Of a stretch of 10,760 bases of DNA, positions 1 to 7,233 are shown piece by piece. The stretch is from Candidatus Aenigmatarchaeota archaeon (GTDB taxonomy: Archaea; Aenigmatarchaeota; Aenigmatarchaeia; Aenigmatarchaeales; JACQIB01), in NCBI GenBank assembly GCA_038999215.1, contig JAWABM010000019.1:1-10760 (forward strand), written 5' to 3'. The notes under the pieces are model-generated. The model did not search any database. It saw only the letters and a list, made by a program, of their open reading frames with translations, and was not told the DNA's origin. Position 1 is the first letter of the stretch; each line of letters begins with the position of its first letter. The position numbers and the translations under genes are program-made.

Positions 1-37
1 CGATGAGTCCCATCAGATACGTATCTATGTTGTCCAT
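1..37 (-). CDS. N-terminal fragment (MDNIDTYLMGLI...) of a gene running off the left edge; product unknown
   Basis: ATG at 37-35 on the minus strand, preceded by Shine-Dalgarno GGTGAT (46-41) and an AT-rich promoter-like region; frame open to the window edge. Only 12 codons visible. Confidence 0.65.
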   Translation of the reverse strand, partial: MDNIDTYLMGLI

Positions 38-58
38 TTTATCACCGTTTTTTTTGTT

Positions 59-135
59 GCCTTTAAAAAAAGGCTAATACAGTTTACATCGATTATATAT
101 TTAAAATTGAACCCGAGGATTATAACGTCGTTATA
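59..135 (-). promoter_or_regulatory. AT-rich promoter region of the leftward gene, with candidate TATA elements and a 15-bp palindrome
   Basis: TTTAAA at 62-67 (25 bp from the ATG) and at 100-105 within TTATATATTTAAAA; inverted repeat TATAACG-T-CGTTATA at 121-135; short hairpin GCCTTT-AAAA-AAAGGC at 59-74. Confidence 0.5.
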
Positions 136-178
136 CCCCCCTAAATTTGGCGCTTGCCGAACGCCGATTGCCTAGAAC

Positions 179-1606
179 TCAGTACGTCCTTCCGAAATTG
201 AGGTGGTGCGCTGCATCGGCCCCGCAAACCGCGCATTTGCCCATTATTTTTTCGTGCTCGTCTATACCCAGGGCCTTGCCCACGAGCTTCTCCTCCATCT
301 CCTTTCCGCACCTTTCGGTCCCGCACCACGGCAGCCTGACTATGCCGCCTTTCTTTGAAAGCGCCTTCTGCGCCTCCTCAACGCCCTTGCAGACGGTTAT
401 CATGGAAACGAGGAACCTCTTGGACCTCTCGTAGACGCCGTCGTCTATTTCTTTGAGCATCTTTTCCACCGCCTTCTCAAGGTCCCTTTCCGCGACCGTC
501 AGCTTTTCGCCGGTGTCCCTGCGCACGACAACAAGCTTTCCGCTCTCAACTTCCTTTGGCCCGATTTCCATCCTTATGGGCGCGCCCTTGGCCTCCCAGT
601 GGAAGAACTTCTCCCCCGGCGTAACGCCTGCCTCATCGTCGATGACCATCCTGTACCTGTAAAGGTCCTTGGCAATCTTTTTGGCGTATTCCAGCACCTT
701 CTCGTCGCCCTTGCCTTTGAGTATCGGAACTACAACTACCTGCACCGGCGCTATTTCTGATATGAACACGAGCCCCTTGTCGTCGCCGTGCAGCGCCAGC
801 GCCGTGCCCAGCGCCCGCTCGGAGATGCCGTAGCACGTCTGGTGCGCGTATTGCCTCTTTTCCTTCTCGTCAAGGTAGGTTATGCCGAAGGCCTTTGAGA
901 ACTTCTGGCCGAGGTTTATGACCGAACCTAGCTCTATCGCCTTGCCGTCGGGCATGACCGTGAAAAAGTCGTAGTTGTAAAGAGCGCCTGCGAACGTGTC
1001 CCACTGCGGCGTCTTCAGCACAACAAATGGCACGCGCAGGAAGCGGAAGAATTCCTCGTAAACGCCTATGCCCTCCCTTATCTGGGCATCGGCCTCCTCT
1101 GCGGTGGCGTGCACGGTGTGCGCCTCCTTGAACTTCACTATCTCGCGGACGCGCAGCATGGGCTTTGTCATCTTGGTCTCCCACCTGAAGATGGGCACTG
1201 TCTGGTATATCTTGAGCGGCAGGTCGCGCCAGCTCTTTATCCAGAGCGCGAACATCGGGTACATTATCGTTTCGGACGTGGGCCGCACGATGAGCTCCTC
1301 GTCCAGCTTCTCCTCGCCCACCTTTGTGACCCGCAGCGACTCGCCGCCGAACCCGCGAAGGAAGTCCTTCTCCTTCGCGAACAGCGAAGCCGGCACGAAT
1401 ATAGGAAAATAGGTCTCGTGGTGGCCGGTGGCGTCCAGGAGCTGCTCCATCTTGCGCAGCATCAGCTTGAGCGCCGCATATCCGTAGGGCTTCCAGACAT
1501 ACAGCCCTTTGACCGGATAGCGGTCGTCTATTATCTCGGAGTAGGCCAGAATGCGGTCGTACCATTCCCCGAATTTCTTCTTGCTGAGCTTCAGTTTCTC
1601 CGCCAT
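179..1606 (-). CDS. proS: Prolyl-tRNA synthetase, archaeal/eukaryotic type (no INS editing domain)
   Basis: 475 aa; class IIa motifs (YFPIFVP; RPTSET; FRWETK..P.LRVREI..F.EAHT; QTCYGISER), anticodon-binding domain (APVQVVVVPI, PGEKF..WE.KGAPIR.EIGP), C-terminal Zn domain CGxxxC...CxxC ending in the conserved Tyr (FGRTY); SD GGTGGT before the ATG. Confidence 0.98.
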   Translation of the reverse strand: MAEKLKLSKKKFGEWYDRILAYSEIIDDRYPVKGLYVWKPYGYAALKLMLRKMEQLLDATGHHETYFPIFVPASLFAKEKDFLRGFGGESLRVTKVGEEKLDEELIVRPTSETIMYPMFALWIKSWRDLPLKIYQTVPIFRWETKMTKPMLRVREIVKFKEAHTVHATAEEADAQIREGIGVYEEFFRFLRVPFVVLKTPQWDTFAGALYNYDFFTVMPDGKAIELGSVINLGQKFSKAFGITYLDEKEKRQYAHQTCYGISERALGTALALHGDDKGLVFISEIAPVQVVVVPILKGKGDEKVLEYAKKIAKDLYRYRMVIDDEAGVTPGEKFFHWEAKGAPIRMEIGPKEVESGKLVVVRRDTGEKLTVAERDLEKAVEKMLKEIDDGVYERSKRFLVSMITVCKGVEEAQKALSKKGGIVRLPWCGTERCGKEMEEKLVGKALGIDEHEKIMGKCAVCGADAAHHLNFGRTY

Positions 1607-1702
1607 TTTACCACCATTATCATAGGTCGTGGGCTGTTAATATTCCTTTCCTTGCGCGCCCGTCTGAAAACTTATATCCTTTGAGCCACATTATTATCAC
1701 CC
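1607..1702. promoter_or_regulatory. Divergent promoter region for proS and mre11, with two separate BRE/TATA candidates
   Basis: Plus strand: CTGAAAA-CTTATATC (1664-1678), about 25 bp before the mre11 ATG, no SD, so probably leaderless. Minus strand: GGAAAGG-AATATTAA (1651-1637) upstream of proS. Confidence 0.55.
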
Positions 1703-2914
1703 ATGAAGATAGCTATATTCTCCGACTGCCACTGCGGCTTCGACTTCGGGAAGGAGCGCGGCGAGGACCCGTTCCTGGGCCTGGAGGAGGCCGTCCGAGG
1801 AAGCCTCGATGCCGATCTTATGCTGATAGCAGGCGACATGTTCGATTCGCGCATAGTGAAGCAGGAGGTGTTCGCAAGGGCAGCGAAGATTCTTGCCCTG
1901 CCTCACTCTGTCCAAGGCCGCGCCCAGCTTGTCGACGTCATCGGCAAGCCGCGGGAGGAGCTTTCGCCCTTGGCTTTGCGCGGCGTGCCCGTGATTGCAA
2001 TACACGGCACGCACGAGAGAAGGAGCAGGCACCTTGTCAACCCTGTGCAGGAACTGGAGCACGCCGGCCTGCTTATCCATCTGCATTGCTCTTCGGTTGT
2101 ATATAACATAGGAGAGCAGAAGGTCGCTGTGCACGGCATGTCTGGAGTGCCGGAGCGCTTCGCAAAGGACTGCCTCATGTCCTGGGACCCCAGACCGGTC
2201 CCGGGCGCTATCAACATCCTCATGATACACCAGAGCATCGAGCCCTACATCTACTCTCCGCTGGAGCCGCCTTCACTTAAGGTCGAGGACCTTCCGGCCG
2301 GCTTCGACCTGTACGTGCTGGGCCACATCCATTGGAGCGACTGCAGGCCGTTCCACGCAGGCAAGCTCCTTGTATGCGGCAGCACCACGCCGACGAGCCT
2401 TCACAAGAACGAGTCCGAGAAGCAGAAGGGCTACCACGTCTTCGACGGCCGCGAGCTCGCCTTCGTGCCGTTGGAATCGCAACGCAAGGTCCTCTGGAAG
2501 GAGTTCTTCTACGGGCCGGGGACGAAGGACGAGATGAGGTCGTTCCTTTCGCAGCTGCCGGATTACAAGAGGAAGCCCATATTCGTGGCGAAGATAAGGG
2601 GCAAGCTGCAGAAGGGCGCCGCCCCGCCTGTGTTCACGGACATAGAGAACGCCTTCTCCGGCAAGGTCCTTCTCAACATCAGCAGGAAGTTCGAGACCGA
2701 GGAATTCGATGACAACACCGAACTGCTCGAGGATCTCAGGAAGGAGAGGCTGTCTCCTGAGGAGCATGGCATGAAGCTGCTGCTCGAGAACCTGGGCCAG
2801 ACCAAGTGCGGCATAAAGGCGGACGAGATATTCGACCTGCTCGTTGAAGGCGAGACCGACCTGATATTCAACCTCCTTACAGGAAAGCAGAAGACATTGG
2901 GTGCATCGGGATGA
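1703..2914 (+). CDS. mre11: DNA double-strand break repair nuclease Mre11 (SbcD family)
   Basis: 403 aa; phosphoesterase motifs SDCHCG, AGDMFD, IHGTHE (variant of GNHD), MIHQ, LGHIH, then capping domain and helical C-terminus; ATGA overlap with rad50. Confidence 0.93.
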   Translation: MKIAIFSDCHCGFDFGKERGEDPFLGLEEAVRGSLDADLMLIAGDMFDSRIVKQEVFARAAKILALPHSVQGRAQLVDVIGKPREELSPLALRGVPVIAIHGTHERRSRHLVNPVQELEHAGLLIHLHCSSVVYNIGEQKVAVHGMSGVPERFAKDCLMSWDPRPVPGAINILMIHQSIEPYIYSPLEPPSLKVEDLPAGFDLYVLGHIHWSDCRPFHAGKLLVCGSTTPTSLHKNESEKQKGYHVFDGRELAFVPLESQRKVLWKEFFYGPGTKDEMRSFLSQLPDYKRKPIFVAKIRGKLQKGAAPPVFTDIENAFSGKVLLNISRKFETEEFDDNTELLEDLRKERLSPEEHGMKLLLENLGQTKCGIKADEIFDLLVEGETDLIFNLLTGKQKTLGASG

Positions 2915-5283
2915 TAACCAGGATGAAGCTCAAGAACTGGCGTTCGCACGAGGACACGCAGCTGGAATTCTGCGAGGGCACGAACGCCCTTGTAGGTATC
3001 ATGGGCTCGGGCAAGAGCTCTGTGATGGCTGCGTTGTGCTTCGCCCTTTTCGGCACGTTCCCAGAGCTCCAGGCGAGGAAGGTCAGGCTCGAGGACATGA
3101 TAATGAAGAAGCCTAAGCCGAAGGACGAGGCCGAAGTGTCGCTCTGGTTCACGACAGGCAATGACGAGTGGTGCGTCACCCGCAAGATTTCGCGCTCCCA
3201 CGCCACCTCGGCCGAACTGAGGAAAAACAATGTCCTTGTGGAGTCGCCCCAGCCATCAAAGGTCACCTCAGAGATAGAAAGTCTCCTTAAGATGAACTAC
3301 GACCTTTTCAGCCGCGCCGTATACTCTGAGCAGAACGCGATGGACATGTTCCTTACCATTCCGAAGGGCCAGAGGATGAGGAAAATCGACGAGCTGCTTT
3401 CCATAGACAGGTTCGAGAAGGCCCGAGCCGCTTCCGCGGCCCTGGCGAACAAGTGCTCGCTCACGGCCGAGGAGAGGAAGCGCAGCCTCAGCGGCCTCAA
3501 GCAGGACGAGCTTGAGTCCGCCATGTTCTCGGTGCGTAGCGAGCTTCAGTCCATAGCCGGCGAGAGGAAGGAAATAGAGGCTAGGATGGCAGAAACGCGC
3601 AGGAGGAAGGAGCAGGTCGCCAAGGACCTGGAGGAGGCCAAAGCAAAGGCGGAGGAGGCAGGCAAGCTCGAGCAGCAGCTCGCGACGTCGACCGCTCTGC
3701 TGAGCGAGCTCAACAGGGACATCGAGCAGCTGAAGATAGAATCCATGGAATACGCAGAAAAGACTGAGGAGGAGATAGCCGACGAGGTGTCGCGCCTCGA
3801 GAAGGAAAGGAAGGCATTCGAGCTCAATCTGGAGAGCGAGAGGGGCAAGCTCGACTCAATGAAGGAGGTTACCGCGCTCAAGCTGGCTAAGGCAAAGATG
3901 CTCGAAGAGGAGAAGATACCGGAGCTGAAGAAGCTCGTTGCGGACAGGAAGAAGTTCGAGAAAATCATGGCGGAGAAGGGCGTTGACAAGCTGAAGAAGT
4001 CCATAGCGGAGAACCGCAGGCTCATCGACGAGGAAGCCAGGAAAGCGGTGCAACTTTTCGCCGCAGCTGAAGAGATAGAGAAGAGCATTGCCGGGCTTTC
4101 CTCAGCGGGAAGCTCCTGCCCGATCTGCGACACGCGCTTGACAGAAGCCAAGAAAGCCGACATACTTGCCGCAAAGAAGGAGAGGATAAGGAAGCTCAAG
4201 GCTGAGGCGGCGAAACTCGAGGCCAAGGTGGCCGACAGGCGCAAGGAGACGGATGCGATGGAGAAGGATCTCAGGAAGTTCGACATGCTCGAGCAGAAGA
4301 CTCTCGAACTTTTGGACGCCGACAAGCAGCTCGAGCTCGCGAAAGGCTTCCTGAAGAGGCTCGAGGAGGAGGTCGGCGCTTCGCGCACCGAGGAGAGGAT
4401 GCTCGCAAAAACGGTATCGCTGTCCCAGAAGAAGTACGATGAGCTCAGGGACAGGGCCGAGAAGGTCAGAAACCACATGTTCACGAGGAAGCAGATGCAA
4501 ACCAAGATCAGGGCAGCGAAGGATCTAGAGCAGAAGATAGCCGAACTGCTCGCGATGAAGAAGGAGATGCCTGTTGTTTCTGCGAATGCCGTGTCCGCCT
4601 TGGAGAACGAGATGAGATCCCTCATAGCGAACGAAAGCTCGTTCGCGGCCAGGCTCGACGGCCTTGCCGCAATGGATGCCGAGAAAAGGAGGAGGCTGGA
4701 CGAGCTCGAGTCCAGGAACAGGCTTGCGGAAGGCTACAAGCTCGAGATAAGGAAGCTCGAGGCCCTCGGTGAGCAGTTCAGCATGCTCGAATCGTCTCTG
4801 ATAGTCACGCAGGAGCAGCTGAGAAGGAACTTCGTCTCGGCAGTGAATCAGGCCATGCAGATAATCTGGGAGAAGGTTTATCCTTACAAGGATTTCTACG
4901 GCTGCCGATTAGGAATAAGCGAAGGCGACTACCTGCTCCAGCTTCAGGACAGCACCGGCTGGGTGCCGGTTGACGGCATCGCTTCGGGCGGGGAGCGCAG
5001 TATAGCCTGCCTGGCGTTGAGAATGGCATTCTCGCTCGTGCTTGCGCCGCAGCTGAGCTGGCTCGTGCTAGACGAGCCCACGCATAACCTCGATTCCAAA
5101 GCCGTCGAGGAGCTTAGCAACGTGCTCCGTGAGAATGTTTCAGACCTCGTGGAGCAGGTGTTTCTTATAACCCATGATCCGCTCATGGAGAACGCCGTCT
5201 CCGGCTACCTCTACAGGCTGGAAAGGGACAAGGAAAAAGACGGCGCCACGCAGATAATCCTGATGGGAGGTCCCAAGGATTAG
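2911..5283 (+). CDS. rad50: DNA double-strand break repair ATPase Rad50 (SbcC/SMC-like)
   Basis: 790 aa; N-terminal LKNWRSH, Walker A GIMGSGKS, Q-loop YSEQ, long coiled coil with central zinc hook CPIC (4117-4128, residues 403-406), signature SGGE, Walker B/D-loop LVLDEPTHNLD, H-loop ITHD. Confidence 0.96.
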   Translation: MITRMKLKNWRSHEDTQLEFCEGTNALVGIMGSGKSSVMAALCFALFGTFPELQARKVRLEDMIMKKPKPKDEAEVSLWFTTGNDEWCVTRKISRSHATSAELRKNNVLVESPQPSKVTSEIESLLKMNYDLFSRAVYSEQNAMDMFLTIPKGQRMRKIDELLSIDRFEKARAASAALANKCSLTAEERKRSLSGLKQDELESAMFSVRSELQSIAGERKEIEARMAETRRRKEQVAKDLEEAKAKAEEAGKLEQQLATSTALLSELNRDIEQLKIESMEYAEKTEEEIADEVSRLEKERKAFELNLESERGKLDSMKEVTALKLAKAKMLEEEKIPELKKLVADRKKFEKIMAEKGVDKLKKSIAENRRLIDEEARKAVQLFAAAEEIEKSIAGLSSAGSSCPICDTRLTEAKKADILAAKKERIRKLKAEAAKLEAKVADRRKETDAMEKDLRKFDMLEQKTLELLDADKQLELAKGFLKRLEEEVGASRTEERMLAKTVSLSQKKYDELRDRAEKVRNHMFTRKQMQTKIRAAKDLEQKIAELLAMKKEMPVVSANAVSALENEMRSLIANESSFAARLDGLAAMDAEKRRRLDELESRNRLAEGYKLEIRKLEALGEQFSMLESSLIVTQEQLRRNFVSAVNQAMQIIWEKVYPYKDFYGCRLGISEGDYLLQLQDSTGWVPVDGIASGGERSIACLALRMAFSLVLAPQLSWLVLDEPTHNLDSKAVEELSNVLRENVSDLVEQVFLITHDPLMENAVSGYLYRLERDKEKDGATQIILMGGPKD

Positions 5284-5292
5284 AAGAATGGT

Positions 5293-5511
5293 TTACGCAT
5301 TTTCTGCTTCCGCATCAATGAAATCGGCCATGGCATAGCTCGGATTGCCATATTGCCTGCAGTACTCCGTGCGCCCGGCGCTTATCTCGCTTTCGCCGTA
5401 CTCTTCCATGGCTTTCTTGTCGCTGTAGGCCTTTCTTTCGGCTTCCGCCCTTTTCTGCATGTGTCTCATCCTGGCGTTCTTTGTCATGAACTTCGGCGCT
5501 TCGCTCATCAC
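5293..5511 (-). CDS. Small hypothetical protein, 71-72 aa, basic N-half and acidic C-half
   Basis: Strong SD AGGAGG (5526-5521) before in-frame GTG (5511) and ATG (5508); fills the gap and stops 9 bp from the convergent rad50 stop. No recognised family. Confidence 0.65.
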   Translation of the reverse strand: MMSEAPKFMTKNARMRHMQKRAEAERKAYSDKKAMEEYGESEISAGRTEYCRQYGNPSYAMADFIDAEAENA

Positions 5512-5618
5512 ACGTATCTTCCTCCTATCGACGGCTGCCCGTTCTTCATCTTCACTTTCATCTCCGTCTTCCGTTCGCTGCGCTCCTTCTTTGCTTCGTC
5601 GCCGTTGTCGTATATCAT
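5508..5618 (-). CDS. Putative leaderless 36-aa microprotein (MIYDNGDEAKKERSERKTEMKVKMKNGQPSIGGRYV), or a 5' leader
   Basis: ATG at 5618 lies about 23-25 bp downstream of TTTATATA (5648-5641); its TGA overlaps the next start (GTGA/TGATG). It is the 3' part of track ORF 5508..5963. Confidence 0.45.
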   Translation of the reverse strand: MIYDNGDEAKKERSERKTEMKVKMKNGQPSIGGRYV

Positions 5619-5630
5619 AATGGAAATAAG

Positions 5631-5660
5631 GCCGAAAAGGTATATAAATCTATCGTTTTT
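5631..5660. promoter_or_regulatory. BRE/TATA element readable in both directions
   Basis: Minus: AAAAACGATAGA-TTTATATA, spaced correctly for the ATG at 5618. Plus: CCGAAAAGG-TATATAAA, pointing into the herA 3' end. Confidence 0.55.
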
Positions 5661-5683
5661 CACCCTAGAAAGCGGGTAAGAAA
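5656..5683 (-). terminator. Imperfect stem-loop immediately after the herA stop codon
   Basis: Plus-strand TTTTTCACCC-(8 nt)-GGGTAAGAAA: 8 of 10 Watson-Crick pairs plus one wobble. Function is inferred only from position. Confidence 0.3.
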
Positions 5684-7180
5684 TTACATGAATGCCTTTG
5701 CGTCGTCGGCCCTCTGTGCCGCGCGGCTGGAGAACTCTATTGCGGCCTCCTCCAGCCCCTTGCCCTTGTCTCCAGGCCTGCTCCTGCGCTCGCGTATCCT
5801 CAGGAAGAGCGGATAATTGACTGCCTCGCCGACGATCAATGCCTCGCCCACCCTCAGGCTCGAGATTGTCTTGAGGACGTCGGCCGTGAGCCCTTCGGAG
5901 CTGCGGCCGATGTGGTCTAGGTCGTACGGGTTCGTGACCCGCAATATGCAGTGCGTGTTGCACTGGCTGAGAGCGGTTGTCGAGAGCTGTATCGGCCTCT
6001 GGCTCACGAGGCAGAGCGAGGCGTGGAACTTGCGGCCTTCGCGGGCTATCTTCTCTATGATTCCTCTGCTTATCGCCGCCTCGCGCTTCGCGCCCTCTGG
6101 CGCGAAGTTGTGCGCCTCCTCGACTATGAAGACGAACGGCGGAACTGCGTTCGCCATCCTCGCATGGAAGAGCCTCTTCGCCAGGAACGTCACCACCATC
6201 TGCTTCTCGCGCAGCTCTGTCATGTCGGAAATGTCTATTATCATGGCATGCCCGGCCTTCGCGAGCTTGTCTATGGAGGGGTTGTCGAACGGCCCGAAGA
6301 GCTTTGTCGAGTCCAGGTCGTACAGCAGCGTCTGCAGTATGTCCTTCGTGGCCTGCTTCACCTCGCCGGCTTCCAGCTTCCCTATGACGGCCTTGAGGTC
6401 GTAGGTCTTCCCGCGGTTCTCCTCCCTCATGCTGTTCAATAATTTCTGCAGCTCTCGGCGCTGGACAGAGCTCATATGCGTTAGCGAAGCCACCATGTCC
6501 GCCGAGAGCGCCGGAACCCCTATCCTGAAATCCCTGCCCTTTATGACGTTCGTCTTTTGCGAATAGAGCTTGTCTTCCGCCATCGGCGAGTATTCGCCGT
6601 GCGTGTCTATGACCACGACAGCTACCTGGCCGTGCTCCGGCTTCCTGTCGACCAGTTCTTCTATCAGGTCAGCCACGCAGTAGCTCTTTCCCGAACCGCT
6701 TATCCCGAGTATTGCCATGTGCTTCTGAAGCGACCTTGTCAGGCTCAGCCTGACAGGCAGGCCGCTGTGCTCCATCGTGCCGAGCTGGAGGCCCTTCTGG
6801 CTGTCGAAGCCGAAGAACTTCGTGAGCATGTCATTGTCCGCCGGATAAACCTTAGACCCAGGGCTCGGCGGGAACGAGCTTTTGCGCAGGCTGCCGTCGC
6901 TGTAGACCCCGAGCGACTGGACGTCGGCCACGAGGTATTCCCACCTTTCGGCCGGAAATATCTGGCTGAGCGGCTTGCCTGAGCGCTCGAATTCCTTCAC
7001 GCTCTCCGCCCTCTCGAAGTAGCGGTTCGTCTTGACTACGTCGGCTATGCGCCCTATCATCATCCCCTCGTCCGTCTCGACGCAGACGTGCTGGCCCTTT
7101 CTCGCCGCCCCGTCTATCACGAACGAGAAGCACGACGAGTTCGGGCTCCTGTCAGAAGATATAACCGTGCCGAGATGCAT
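5684..7180 (-). CDS. herA: HerA bipolar DNA helicase/translocase (FtsK-HerA ATPase)
   Basis: 498 aa; N-terminal HAS-barrel-like region ending PPSPGSKVY, KHMAILGISGSGKS (Walker A), IDTHGEY, FIVEEAHNFAP (Walker B), IAREGRKF (Arg finger), SQRP, LSQCNT; lies next to mre11/rad50/nurA. Confidence 0.95.
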   Translation of the reverse strand: MHLGTVISSDRSPNSSCFSFVIDGAARKGQHVCVETDEGMMIGRIADVVKTNRYFERAESVKEFERSGKPLSQIFPAERWEYLVADVQSLGVYSDGSLRKSSFPPSPGSKVYPADNDMLTKFFGFDSQKGLQLGTMEHSGLPVRLSLTRSLQKHMAILGISGSGKSYCVADLIEELVDRKPEHGQVAVVVIDTHGEYSPMAEDKLYSQKTNVIKGRDFRIGVPALSADMVASLTHMSSVQRRELQKLLNSMREENRGKTYDLKAVIGKLEAGEVKQATKDILQTLLYDLDSTKLFGPFDNPSIDKLAKAGHAMIIDISDMTELREKQMVVTFLAKRLFHARMANAVPPFVFIVEEAHNFAPEGAKREAAISRGIIEKIAREGRKFHASLCLVSQRPIQLSTTALSQCNTHCILRVTNPYDLDHIGRSSEGLTADVLKTISSLRVGEALIVGEAVNYPLFLRIRERRSRPGDKGKGLEEAAIEFSSRAAQRADDAKAFM

Positions 7181-7233
7181 GCCTTTCTAATTGCTTTGTT
7201 AAAATTTAAAGGCTTATGGCGGCAATTCTTGTC
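7181..7233. promoter_or_regulatory. Shared bidirectional TATA for herA and the phosphoesterase gene
   Basis: Palindromic TTTAAA at 7205-7210, 25 bp from the herA ATG (7180) and 24 bp from ATG 7234; no SD on either side. Confidence 0.6.

Noticed and set aside
144..169. Weak hairpin just downstream of the proS stop
   Set aside because: Only a 4-bp perfect GC core with a long loop and no clear U tract; too weak to call a terminator.
38..178. Possible tRNA, ncRNA or replication origin in the AT-rich gap
   Set aside because: No cloverleaf, C/D box pair or ORB-type repeats were recognised; a promoter explains the composition.
1620..1702. 23-aa minus-strand ORF (MWLKGYKFSDGRARKGILTAHDL, 1691-1620) with a perfect GGGTGAT SD upstream of proS
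   Set aside because: It runs across both candidate promoters and would need a transcript starting inside mre11 on the antisense strand; no Pro-rich leader signal. Probably chance.
3546..4625. 359-aa antisense ORF opposite rad50, and similar long shadow ORFs over proS, mre11, herA and nurA
   Set aside because: Ser/Phe/Leu-rich mirror of Glu/Lys codons in GC-rich genes; no motifs or start signals.
3500..4800. Many GAGCTC, CTCGAG and AAGCTC words resembling repeats
   Set aside because: Explained by EL, LE and KL dipeptides of the Rad50 coiled coil; no regular spacing, so not a CRISPR array or DNA repeat.
2911..5283. Rad50 motif deviations (GIMGSGKS, ASGGE), or assignment as condensin SMC or Wadjet JetC
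   Set aside because: Catalytic residues are intact; the zinc hook and coupling to mre11 identify ordinary Rad50.
5619..5963. 5' extension of track ORF 5508..5963
   Set aside because: It overlaps herA in another frame and crosses the TATA box; only the part from ATG 5618 is plausible.
5684..7180. HerA as an anti-phage module (Sir2-HerA, DUF4297-HerA) or a VirB4-like conjugation ATPase
   Set aside because: The HAS-barrel-like N-terminus and linkage to nurA, mre11 and rad50 indicate the housekeeping repair HerA; no Sir2 or T4SS genes are present.
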